From NCBI RefSeq assembly GCF_000181795.1, contig NW_003526944.1, positions 3,065,584 to 3,129,583 of the forward strand: a stretch of 64,000 nt of DNA, read 5' to 3'. This document shows, piece after piece, positions 1 to 11,300 of this stretch (positions are counted from its first letter, which is position 1; each line of letters opens with the position of its first letter). The translations under genes and the position numbers were made by a program. This stretch comes from Trichinella spiralis. Its lineage: Eukaryota. A model generated the notes under the pieces. The model worked only from the letters and a program-made list of their open reading frames with translations. It ran no database searches and was not told the origin of the DNA.

Positions 1-307
1 AATAGCAACAGTCAACAAAACGGATGTAGGTTAATGCCGGCATTAGGGAGTATGTACTTTTGTGGGCAACTTATGGTTTCAGATCAGCATTATTCACTGG
101 TGGGAATTTTATAAACTAAATGGAAATGGGTTGATTGCAAGGAGGAAAAAAATCTGACTGTGACACGCCTGCATTTAAAATACCACAAGGAGGGCCAGTT
201 GGTCTGCATTTTGGCAACCCACTGACCTCTAGCAATAATTGCCAAACTTCTTGTATATATTTGCATCGCTTCTGCTCTTTCTCAACAGTCCAGTAGACGG
301 TCCTACC

Positions 308-1830
308 ATGCACTGCCAAGAAAGTTCCGCGAAATATGCTTCCATAGTGGCTGCCATATTCGGTGGTATGGCTATTTTGGTTTGCATCTGTGTTGCCCCT
401 CAGATATGCTTCGATGTTCAAGACATTTGGTTGGAAATTGACGAAGAGATGAAAGAATTTCGCGTATGTCATTTTTCAAATTTTTAAACATTATTTACTT
501 AAAAAGAAAAAAATTTTTTTTAAATTCACAGTCATATATAAATGATGAAATGGTTTTTCTTTTAATTTATTATTTTCCCTAAAAGTAATGTTGCATGAAG
601 AAAGCAGAATCTCAGAAAACAACATTTGAACTGAAATTAAATAATTTTATGAAAGTTATATATATATATATAGCAAGATAAAAATTATAGATTACTTCGG
701 ATCAAATTTGGAAAGAGCTGATGCATTTGAGCTTACCGAGAAGCAGAAGAAATGCTTATGCTGGTTCGATTGCACAAAGTTCAGCGCCTGGTTACGTGCC
801 TGTAGCTAATATATTAGTGCCTAGCTATGGAACTGTGATGGATTTGGAAGATTCGAACAATTGGGCAAGCACGAATTATCAGTCAACAGCGAATAAAGTT
901 GAAATACCTGAATTATCAAACGGCTTGTATCGAAAACCGGCACAAAGAGAATTTTCCAGCAATTCGAAAATTGAAGTAACTGAAGCTTATTCAATTGCAT
1001 CGAACGGCAGAGATGAATTTGAAGCAGAGAGTAGCTTAGGAGAGCATGACAAGGATACAGCTGTTGGAAATCAGAGCATTTTTACAGATTTAGCTTCAAA
1101 CGAGGGTTCAGGAGGAATAGATCAGTTGCTTCGAGAGGATGAAGAAACTTCTGCTCATTTCACTAAGCCCAGTTGCAAATGCAGTCAAACTATGGCCAGT
1201 CGGTGTCCTGCAGGTCCTCCAGGTCCACCAGGAAAGCCTGGAATACCAGGAGAAAACGGCGAACCAGGAAAGCCTGGTTTGCCAGGTAAAGATGGTCGCG
1301 TTGTTGTTAATGAACCTGAAGCTCAGCCTTGCTTAAAATGTCCCGCTGAACCGGGACCTCCAGGACCACCAGGAATTCAAGGTAACGAACGTTCTTGTTT
1401 AATTAAAGACAAATATTTTAGCAATGCTGGTTTTGTTCTAGGGCCTCAAGGTTTGTCCGGAAGTCCAGGAAATCCTGGAATGCACGGACGAAATGGATCG
1501 CCCGGAAAGCCTGGTGATATGGGACCGCCAGGTACACCAGGACCGAAGGGTAAAGTTGGTATGAAAGGACCATCTGGCATGGACAAAAGAACAATACGGG
1601 GCAAGAAAGGGCTTCCCGGAGTACCAGGAAAACCTGGTGAACCAGGTGTAAAAGGAAACCCGGGGAAAGATGGCAGCGACGGCGCACGGGGTGACCCAGG
1701 ACCACCAGGTTCAACAGGGTTGCCTGGACCAAAAGGAAAAGAAGGAAAATCTGGTCCAATGGGACAGATTGGAATTCCTGGGCCAGACGCAACTTATTGT
1801 CCGTGCCCAGCTAGACAAAATCATTCATGA
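308..1830 (+). CDS. Nematode cuticle collagen (N-terminal TM/Col_cuticle_N, furin site, Gly-X-Y blocks); exons 308-463, 691-1381, 1442-1830
   Basis: Exon 1 encodes MHCQ...hydrophobic segment...DIWLEIDEEMKEFR. GT at 464 and AG at 689-690 join in frame to ITSDQIWKELM. RSRR cleavage site, CKC..RCPAGPPG, CLKCPA, long Gly-X-Y run and C-terminal YCPCPAR (Cys pattern of the rol-6/sqt-1/bli type). A 60-nt GT..AG intron (1382-1441) removes the only non-collagen stretch of the main helix. Confidence 0.95.
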
Positions 1831-2183
1831 TCATTTCTTTATCCAGTTTATCTGAAGAGAAAGCTGAAGTAAAACCTTTCTCGAGCAAAAAAAGCTTGAT
1901 TTGTCAGCACATTTTGAAATTTAAAAATATCTTCAACATATTGTCTTCATCATTTGCAATAATCTGATCTTAAATACTTGGTATTTTATTCTTTAGAAGC
2001 AGTGAAAATCAAAATTCGTCTTTTTCAGCGAATTATACATGTATTTGTGAAATAAACATGTTCATGAAATGCATTTTCCAATCACCATTGTTTTGCAAAG
2101 AATTAAAAGGAATTTACGTGCATCAAATGAAAATTTCATGTTGGAGCAAATCCTATGAGCACATGACTTTACAAACAATTTGT

Positions 2184-2624
2184 TTACTGAATATTCTTCG
2201 ATGTCCAGCAACGTCCATTTCGACACACATCGTCCTTTGGGCATTGGAGGTAACGACTACACCTGGCTGCAGTTGGATATGCGGCAACGCAGATAAAACA
2301 TTTTTTGCATACTGGCTTGCAAAGATACTGAGACGGGCAATCGGAATGCGATTTGCAATATTTCTTCGTACGTGTAGGAATCGTGCGCAACAAAAGAAAG
2401 CATTCACATTTTTGAAGCGTGAAAGCAGACTTTTGAGGTACCACTTTACGTTGTCTGCTTGCTGGAAAAATAGTTAAACCTGTATACGGATCCAAACCAA
2501 AATAACCCACAGATGGATCAATTTTATAACCTGTGAATGGGTCAATACCATAATTCACATACTCTGCTTTATTTTGACTTAAATAACAAATTGTAAAAGC
2601 AAATGCAAAAAGATAAATCATCAT
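2184..2624 (-). CDS. Small secreted cysteine-rich protein of unknown function (146 aa)
   Basis: ATG ORF with signal-peptide-like start (MMIYLFAFAFTICYLSQNKA), repeated DP(F/Y)TG-type motifs, and two Cys modules (CKSHSDCPSQYLC; CSRYLQCPKDDVCRNGRC). Minus-strand AATAAA at 1985-1990. A small internal intron is not excluded. Confidence 0.7.
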   Translation of the reverse strand: MMIYLFAFAFTICYLSQNKAEYVNYGIDPFTGYKIDPSVGYFGLDPYTGLTIFPASRQRKVVPQKSAFTLQKCECFLLLRTIPTRTKKYCKSHSDCPSQYLCKPVCKKCFICVAAYPTAARCSRYLQCPKDDVCRNGRCWTSKNIQ

Positions 2625-2893
2625 CGAGAAATGCTTATCATTCTAATTCAACACCAGTGATGTATTTCAATAAATAACGGAATTCAAATTAATCAGTTTC
2701 TATTTGCTGTAATTCACATATAGAATATTCAGCTGCTGATCAAACATTTCCAACCAATATCAGTGAGATAAAAATGTCAAAAAATTTAATTCAACTAGTA
2801 AAAATAACTTTAGCAGTACAAAATAAAATTATTACTTTTACACAGCTTTTGCAATATACAAATTACACAATTTCTTTTCTTTTCTCTTCTTTC

Positions 2894-2897
<4 letters not shown>

Positions 2898-2925
<28 letters not shown>
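2898..2925. repeat. (TA)n microsatellite
   Basis: Read directly. Confidence 0.9.
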
Positions 2926-2931
<6 letters not shown>

Positions 2932-4855
2932 CATGAGGAAATGTTCAAATCAGACACAACGTTCACTGATAATCAATTGTGCAGCATTTGCGCTAATTTT
3001 GTAATTTTTTGCATTTTGCACCTACGTTTAGAAATGAGAAGCCTATTACGATCTTTTTACTTTCATGAGAAAATATGCTGTTAATTAATATACATTTTGG
3101 GTCAGCTGCTGCATTGATTGGAAAAATTAGGAGCTCAAACGTGCAAAACAGACAATAAACAAATCATTAAATTTTACCCGTTACATGCTCAGCGAATGCA
3201 TATCAAATGCGCCAAATCATTCTATAAAATTTATCAATTTAAAAGCAACAACAAAGCCATCTATTTGAAGAAAATCACATGATATCTGTTAGTTGAGTCT
3301 CTGAAAATTTTAATAGGCAATTTAAATGGTCAAAAATAGTCGTAATTTTCAAATAATTTAATCAAATATAAGAAATGACATTTACAATGTTCTGTTACAT
3401 TCATTATATGTAGAACTATTCATTCTACCATTTCCTGTTATCCCTTTATTCACAACAATTACAAAAACATAAATAAGCACAGTAATAAAGCAAGGCTTTG
3501 TTGGAAATCCCCCTTCCCTCTTTTGGTAAAAAAGAACACTAAAATCTTATTTATTAAAACGGCATGCAAATCAAGTTGTGAATATTTGCTTGCCAAGTGT
3601 TAACCAGACACATTTTTATGCATAATTTTTAATTATAAAAACAGTCATTTAAAATATTTAATTGGAAAAGTACATTCAGAACATTATTCTTTAAAATTCA
3701 GTCATGTGTATGATTCATGTAGTGTAGTGCAGTGCCGAAAACCTTTTTACTGTCAGTCATTAATAACGCCTTTATGTAACGCACATCATGAATGATCCAA
3801 AAGCAACGGCACAAACACACCCAGAGACAGTATTTCTACTTGAATATTCTTTTTTCATACTGTCATCAACCACGCCTCTAGTTGTTATTGTTGTAGAAAA
3901 TATTGCCGTTAGTTTTCTGTGAGAAAAAGCCGCACTATTTGTTGGGCGTGATGGGAACTTAACTTTTTTTACGCTGTCCTGTTTTCATCAATTTGCTTTT
4001 AAAATATATCCTTTAATACAATTGTAGCGTATTACTTTATTGTATATTGTTGAATTTGTATTTTGTAGTGAGATATTTTATTACTGTTTTCAAAACTAGT
4101 TAATTGCTAATTTATTGTACAATTGCCGTACGTTTGTTATTAATATTGGTTTTGAAAACTGCTACAAGACTTACTTTTATTATAAATTTTTATTTCTTTT
4201 TTCTGTTAGTATGTCTTCATGTATTTTCTTTTTATGACTACGTACGTTATACTTGAACATGGCGGTTAAACAGTATGCATTTCTTTTATAATCTTCACAA
4301 TAAAGAGTATCAGTAAATTATATTTAAATTATTAATCATAAATTTGCACCATGTACGATAAAGCACTTGTCAATAAAGACGTCTGCGCTTAAAAAGTTTA
4401 GCCTAGGCGTAAACAATGATAACTGGTCTTGTGTAAACATCATTTATAACGTTTATCGAACCGTTTGAATAAACCAGTAGCAAACAGGCTTTTCTTAAAA
4501 TTAGAGTTATGATGTTTTAATAAATTTGCAAAAATTGCATAGCGTTGCATTGGTTTGACTGCCACGAGTTGGCTCCGTATTTTAAGAAAACATATTTCGT
4601 TGAATATATTGCTGCATAAAAATGCACCGCTCCAACGTTATCGTAAGTCACTCACACACAAGAACAATTGTATTTAAAAAAATTAAATTTTTATTTATAA
4701 ATTTGCAAAGGTATCAAACTTCAAAAAATTTTTACAAATATATAAATGAAATTTTAATAATAAATATTATTTTACATTTTTACATTTTACATGTTTTTAA
4801 TATTGATAAAAAATGAAAATAAATTATTATTCTTGCAAAGATAATCCAGATCCTT

Positions 4856-5257
4856 TTACTCTTTTTCATCATTTCCGCATTTTTCTTTTGAGCGAAACAG
4901 CAAAAATGAATGGTTGTCGATTTTGAATTGTAGCATATATTCTTCGGCGTAGGATACATCAAAGCCAAACCTTGGTGCACTGATGCAGTTCCAATGAGAA
5001 TGCCCCTTGGCCCTGGTGCAAGCTTCCACTATGCGATCCACAATCTTGAATAAATTAAATTTGATTATGTGAAACAAACTTGCTGCTAACATCAACATTC
5101 AAACCTTTTCTATGGGAAGTTCTCTGTTGATCCCTTTCGCTGCAACATGCACTGCCAAGGCTACGTATTTATTGGGCATCTCCTGGCATAAGATCACAAC
5201 ATTTCGTGAATATTTTTCAGACAGACTTTTTTCAAACTTTTCCAAATGGCCAGACAT
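4856..5257 (-). CDS. Divergent dynein light chain type 1 (LC8-like); exons 5105-5257, 4856-5044
   Basis: 60-nt GT..AG intron (5045-5104) gives MSGHLEK...VILCQEMP...IVDRIVEACTRAKGHSHWNCISAPRFGFDVSYAEEYMLQFKIDNHSFLLFRS. This follows the LC8 pattern DM...WHCIVG..FGS.V......F.......LLFKS. The start could be an upstream in-frame ATG. Confidence 0.8.
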
Positions 5258-5509
5258 CTTTGTGCTTTCTGTTGAGCATCTACTTTGTACTTTTCTCGCT
5301 CTGTCGTTCTGTGTTTGATGCATTTTAAAGTTCAAAGTGCAAAATTTTAAAGAATATTTTAAAATTTAAACAGTTAATATTCACATATTGTTTAATGTTG
5401 AAATAGAAATTATCACTGTGATATTGTAGTATTGGAATTAAAATCTTGATTGAAATTGAAAAACAGGTCGAACTTATCGATCATTTTTGTAGACGTTTTC
5501 AAATTTTAG

Positions 5510-6993
5510 ATCGATGAAAAAGTCCAGTTAAATGGAACTCGTTCTTTCAGCATTAGCTCGTTAACGCCCACTGCAGAGGAATTTGCGAAAAGTGAGAAAC
5601 TGTGCTTTAAAACTGAACTAATTGCACTGCACTACGCACATCACGTGCTGGAATGATGCAAATTTCAAATATATTATTCTTTGTTTCAGATATTACAAGT
5701 TTGTATCTGACGTTCAACATTTTGTGTACTATAGCTGTATTGTTGATCGTGGGAAATTTTTTTCTCCATGCTTACTTCATTTTTAAATACATCGCTAAGC
5801 GCAGCAGAGCTTCTAAACTGCTTTGGCTTGCTGGTCTTTATCCAGTAAGAAATATTTTTCCCATTTAATCAAATGTTCATTTTATTAAATTCAGAATTAC
5901 CCCTTATTTCTATTTTTATTAATATGTGTTTTTTTGCTGTTTTTGTATATATTAAAATTGTATATACGATTAGTTGTACAATGAAAAGAAGTAATTTTCA
6001 GATTGTAGGAACAGTGAGCGTGTTGGCAATGTGGATTCCCCGTTCTTTTTCCATCTCAGATATGATAATTATGATGTAAGTTCAGAGTGCCAAAAGTTAC
6101 ATTACCCAGAAGTGAATATGAGCAATTTGTAAAAGGTACTTTGCGAGATGCCTGTACGTTTATGTCGACTATGTAATCGACTGTTTTGGAGGCCGTGAGA
6201 AGATGAGCCAAGCGCTGGCAGGGGTAACTGTCAAAATGAACACCCCGCCTTGTTGCTGTTGTTGTTCTTGTTTGCCTGATTTACCAGCAACTGCGTAAGC
6301 AATGAGCTGTTAAAATAAAATTGTGAGAACTGTGAATGCAAATTTAGCAAAAACATTCAGTGGCTGTCGATGCTCGCGAAACAGAATGCACTGATTCGGC
6401 CGTTCACTTTCTACATTCTTGCACTGTTTTTCGTAGATGATTTCAACTCCAAAAGCATGGTCATAAGCATGTTTGCTCGTGGTTCATTGAGCTAAATATT
6501 TTTCCCCTGTCTTTTTCAGATTTCCGCCGTAGGGATTTTGACCACGGTATCATCAGTGGTAGCTTTTTACGGAATCACCGTGTTCAGCAAAGCTGCCATG
6601 CCTTCACTAAGCCACTTCAAAGTGGATAAATTGAAAATTTTTGTCCAAATGACGATCGTTTTGCACAGCATCCAAGAGCCAATTTTTGCAAATCTTGGTA
6701 GCTATGAAGTTTTCGATAGCGGTCCACTTCTACACGGACCCAGCGCATCAAACTGTAGGAATTTAATTGAATTTTTTTCTTGCTCATTTCAGTGCTTCTT
6801 CATCTGTGGATTTTTATTTTTCCAATATATTACAGATTGGCTTCATTGTTTGTTGATTGGAGAAAGTCTAATCATGAGCTTATTATCGTCACTGATATTC
6901 AGACCACAAGTGAATGCTGCATTTGACCGTTTTCCCAGAAAATATTCACAAAGCAACCCTGAAGAGCCGGCAGTGATTAATGATAAATTTTGA
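5510..6993 (+). CDS. osta: Organic solute transporter alpha-like (OST-alpha/OSTA) multi-pass membrane protein; exons 5510-5591, 5690-5844, 6002-6075, 6136-6294, 6348-6459, 6520-6754, 6836-6993; start codon unresolved
   Basis: All junctions are GT..AG and phase-compatible. Hallmark Cys run TPPCCCCCSCLP, plus GLYPIV, MWIPRS, FGG, final WLHCLLIGE helix and several TM segments. Confidence 0.9.
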
Positions 6994-7208
6994 AAATTGA
7001 AAAGTACCACATTGTCAGAAATCCTGTTTCACATTTCTGCCGTGAAGAGAAGCAGGCTATATTGAAAGTAAGAATAAAAGCATAATTTCAAAACCAATAA
7101 ATACTCTTTATTAGATGAATTTTTATTCAAGCATTATGCATTATTTGATATATGATTAAATTTTACATTAGTCTAACAACAGAACATTGTTAAGTGATAA
7201 TATGTAAT

Positions 7209-7581
7209 TCAGTATACATTTCTTTTGTGAAATACGAAAAATGTGTAATCATCTATGATAAAATGCATAAAATACATTCCAAAAAATTCTGTACCCAAGA
7301 CAACATTTTTTCCAACAATGCAACCCCAAGAAGAATCTTTCGTCGTTTTCGAAAATATGTCCACAATTAATTTCGATATCTGCAATAAAAAAGGAAATCA
7401 TACAGGTATAAATTTCAGACTGTATAAATTTTACCTCTTCCACATTAATTTTCCTTTTCAAAGCCCACAAGCCAATTTTCGCTGAAGCCATTATCACTTT
7501 TGTTGGCATGTCGCTGTCAACAACCCGAACATGCTTCGCCAGTTCCCTGTTCTCGAAGGATGTGTTCGAACGGTCTGCCAT
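7209..7581 (-). CDS. Second divergent dynein light chain type 1 (LC8-like), 105 aa; exons 7435-7581, 7209-7379
   Basis: 55-nt intron (7380-7434). Spliced protein MADRSN...VRVVDSDMP...EEISKLIVDIFSKTTKDSSWGCIVGKNVVLGTEFFGMYFMHFIIDDYTFFVFHKRNVY* has the LC8 'DM' and 'WxCIVGxN' motifs. Confidence 0.85.
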
Positions 7582-7848
7582 CAACGACGCAAGGTGGACG
7601 ACTAATCAAGCTAACTGAGTTGTTACATAACGGTTTACATTGTTGTTTAAATATTTTAAAGTCGCTCAACTTATAACAAAAACGTTTAAACTTGCAACTG
7701 GACAGGCACAACGATAAAGGTACAAAAAAAATAAACAACAAGCAAGAGGCAAAACCCACAGTTTGAAGTTTATTGAATTACATTCGAAATACTTTTACAA
7801 AGTGGAAGAAATGTGATAAATTATGCAACTGAAGCAAAACTTAATAAG

Positions 7849-8327
7849 TCAACTCTGCGTGGTGTCACTTTCCAATGATTCCAGTAGCAATCGAATTCTT
7901 TTACTAAATCAAAAATGATATTAAAATTTCAAGAACACATTCAACATACATTTTGATTGATATTTCCTTTAAATTTTGCATCTTTGATGAAAGCGACTCC
8001 ATTGAAGCCATCAAGCGAAAAGAATTCTACAAATGGTAATGTGAAATTCAACACATCACATTTACCAACTGAACACGGCTTACGCGAACAGCAGAATCTG
8101 CGGAATCGCAAGCACTTGAAGTTGTATCTTTGAGAAGAAGCGCCAATTGCTCTGTAATTTCCGACATCTGAAATACGATGAAAAGCAAAAGTTGAACACA
8201 TCCCCAAACGGCGTTTCACCTCATCAAGACTGTTGGCAACTGAAACGTTCACATTATTAACTGAATTCATTAGACTGACTATCTCTGACTGCCAATTATA
8301 ATTGGTTGATTCTTCATTGGATGACAT
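7849..8327 (-). CDS. BORCS6: BORCS6 (BLOC-1-related complex subunit 6)-like coiled-coil protein, 107 aa; exons 8220-8327, 8084-8167, 7950-8026, 7849-7903
   Basis: Three short GT..AG introns give ...SVANSLDEMSEITEQLALLLKDTTSSACDSADSAVRNSFRLMASMESLSSKMQNLKEISIKIKRIRLLLESLE. By eye this matches the conserved BORCS6 C-terminal helices. The gene model is firm; the family call is less so. Confidence 0.7.
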
Positions 8328-11300
8328 GATTCAACGCAAATTTTGACGGTTTGATTAAATATATCTGAAAAGTATGTACGTGAAAGATCTAATTTCAAAA
8401 TTATCTCGTTTCTTACATATAAAAAAATTCAAAAATATGAAAGAAATTTATAATAAATGCATTAATCAGTTGGACAACATATCATCTAAACTGAACATAT
8501 CTGCCTGCATACAAAAATAAATTCAAATGATAATAAAGAAGTAATTAGTATCATACAATTGCTATACACTGTTGTTGTGTTGCTACCATCGAGAATATCA
8601 GTTATGAGAACAAACGTTTATTCAAAACGACAATAATTGATAAAACTGACCAAAACGTGGACGCACCTGATACACTACAGAACAACCACCGTAGGGTAAT
8701 GTACAAATGTGATCCGATTCTACTAGCACCACTTTCGAAGCAGAACAAGTACAATTAATGCAAAAAATATATTTGACAAAATATTTGTTAATAAATTTAA
8801 AATAAAATTATTTTAGCAATGCAAACTACTGTATAGAAATACTGCACTTAATTGCATTCTTAATACTGTAACACAGTAAATTTTCAGTTAATGATGTTCT
8901 TTTACGTTATTGTTGCTTTTATGTTTATTGTAGATTTTTATTTCATTTATTCTATTATAAATATTTTTCAATAAATAAAATTCAGTTTTGAATTTTACTT
9001 TGAAATTATGAACATGATGCAGTTTTTTAAAGAATGCAGAGGTTTATAGATTTTTTTGTAAATGTGGCAAAGTTTACAAACCTGCTTTATTTATTGCTGG
9101 CTTGATAGTGAATTAAGTTTTTTGACAGATTGTGTTTAAGGTGTAAAATTTTACTTTTCTTTCAACAGAGAAAAGTGGGAAAAAGTAAAGTTTTGCATGC
9201 TCGATCTTTTGTAAAAAAATTTTGACAAAGTTTGTCATTGAAGCTGTGAAAGTTTTTGTGGTGTTTTATATTTGCATAATTCAAATGAAATTGACAATGC
9301 GAATGCAATGCTTGTTCTTGACAAAAAGCATGCGTAATGGTTTGTTGGTTCTGTAAAAATTTTTTTCATTTTAATACCAGTGAAATACCGTCACGTAATT
9401 TCACTTAATGTCAGTGGAAAACGTACAAAACGAATATTTTTATTCCTCATTAGCATAAAACAATTTTGTTTCGTTTGAATACTAAAGCGTGCTTTTTGCG
9501 TTTTAATTTCTAAACTACAATTTAAAATTTTTGCCGTTTTCTCAGCAGTCCCCGCAGTGTTCAAAAATTTCCAAAATGATACATTTGATTGTAATTGAGT
9601 GTGTGTGAAATAGCTTTTAAATAATTTTTTTAGATTAAAGCATCAAACTCAGCTGCTGTTCCAAAATAGACATTCACAGTGCATTATTTGATCAAGCGAA
9701 AAAAGTTTGCCTTCTACTTCAGTTCACAAATTTTGTCATTCTGAAATTGGAAAAGTTTGAAAATTGAAGAAATGCAGAGCACCTCATTTTAATCTGACAT
9801 CACAATTGGCACTTTATTTCGATAGTGATCGTTAAATTTCATTTTGTCGAACAGTTTCTTATGCGATTTATGGAACCGAAAATGACAGAAGAATTTGGTG
9901 GAGATGTATGCATGTTTTAGGCTTTCATAAAAGAAATATAAATTTACCTATCGTTTTTATTGGAATAATTTTCAAATAATAGTGTTTAATAATTTAAATT
10001 AATATTTGAACTTGCGTTTTACATACTGTAATTTTTAAATAATGTTACATCTTTTCTGCATATTACTCATTCTTAAAGCATAAATTATTTCAACAACTTG
10101 ATTTATTCTCTGTTTCTTTTTTATTTTCTTCTTATTCTCTGGTGAAGAATCGGAATATTATAAAACAAACCTTTTTAGTAAAATTTAAGAAAAAGTCTTT
10201 TCGAATATTGTAACATTGCTATTATGTACGTTCAGGCATGTTACGATTTATTTATTCAATATATTTTGAAATAACTGCGAAACCTTATCTAAATTTTATT
10301 TTACACTTTCCTGAAGCAAACTTAATATTTAACTTTATATTTTATTTAAAGTACTGTTTCAACCATTACGACAGCAATGTTAGTTGTGAGACACTATAAA
10401 ACTTTTTCCTCCTTTTTTTCACACAGACATTTTTTTCCATTATTAAGCAGACAACAATTAATTAAGTAACAGATGGACATCGAATTATTATTATTTTAGT
10501 ATTAATGTTGTAAAACGCGTGTGTTGCATAATGGGTTTATAGTTGTTTTCAATTTTTTAATGCTAAGTTTTTGTTTAATTTGGTTTTCGTTGATGAATAT
10601 GCGTTTATTGAAACGAATCCGCTTTGTTGTGGTTCAACATCTGCTTTACGCTTTTCAAAAAGATTGCATCGGCCGTCGAAGAGAGATGTATTGTTTTTCT
10701 TTCAGGTAATTTTAGTTTCAGTTACATTCTTCTAATTATTTCTATTATTAAAATGAGAAAAGTATAAGAATATTTTTAAAAAAAATTAATCTTTTTATTA
10801 TTTAACAATTGAATATTGTTTTTCATCTTACAAATTTAACTGAATAGTGGGTGCTTTGAGTATGTGATGTTGGCAATGTTGTTTAGCTACGGCTGCGGCA
10901 GAGTGGATCCTCGTTAGCCGATTAGTTAGTATTGGCGTAATTAATTGCCCAGTTGTACATGATAAATGTAAATGGAAGTGTGGATTTTTTTTGTCAACAG
11001 AGGCGGAAAAGATAAATAAGATCAGATGAAGAGGAATTCTTCTGCCGACGTAATTTACTGGGGAATCTATCAGTGTGTTCAATCGCATTTTTCTCTTTTC
11101 CTTCCTTTTTTTAATCCCTTGAACACAGCTTGATTATCCGTATGATTTTTAAGCAAGCACAAGTCTGTCTGGCACACCGTTCACGTCCAACTTTACCACC
11201 CAGCTGGCAGATGGACTTGAAGCAACGATGGATCGACATCTTGGATCTTTTGCTTTGTCAATTTGTTGGCCAACGTTTGCCAGTGCACGCATCATTGCAC

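Noticed and set aside
116..472. Minus-strand 118-aa ORF (also 1418-1792)
   Set aside because: Antisense shadows of collagen exons.
1687..1695. RGD motif in the collagen
   Set aside because: Common by chance in Gly-X-Y repeats and buried in the triple helix.
7517..7759. 80-aa minus-strand ORF with signal-peptide-like start and Cys residues
   Set aside because: Non-ATG start, lies across the BORCS6 3' end and U-rich spacer, and overlaps the LC8-like exon out of frame.
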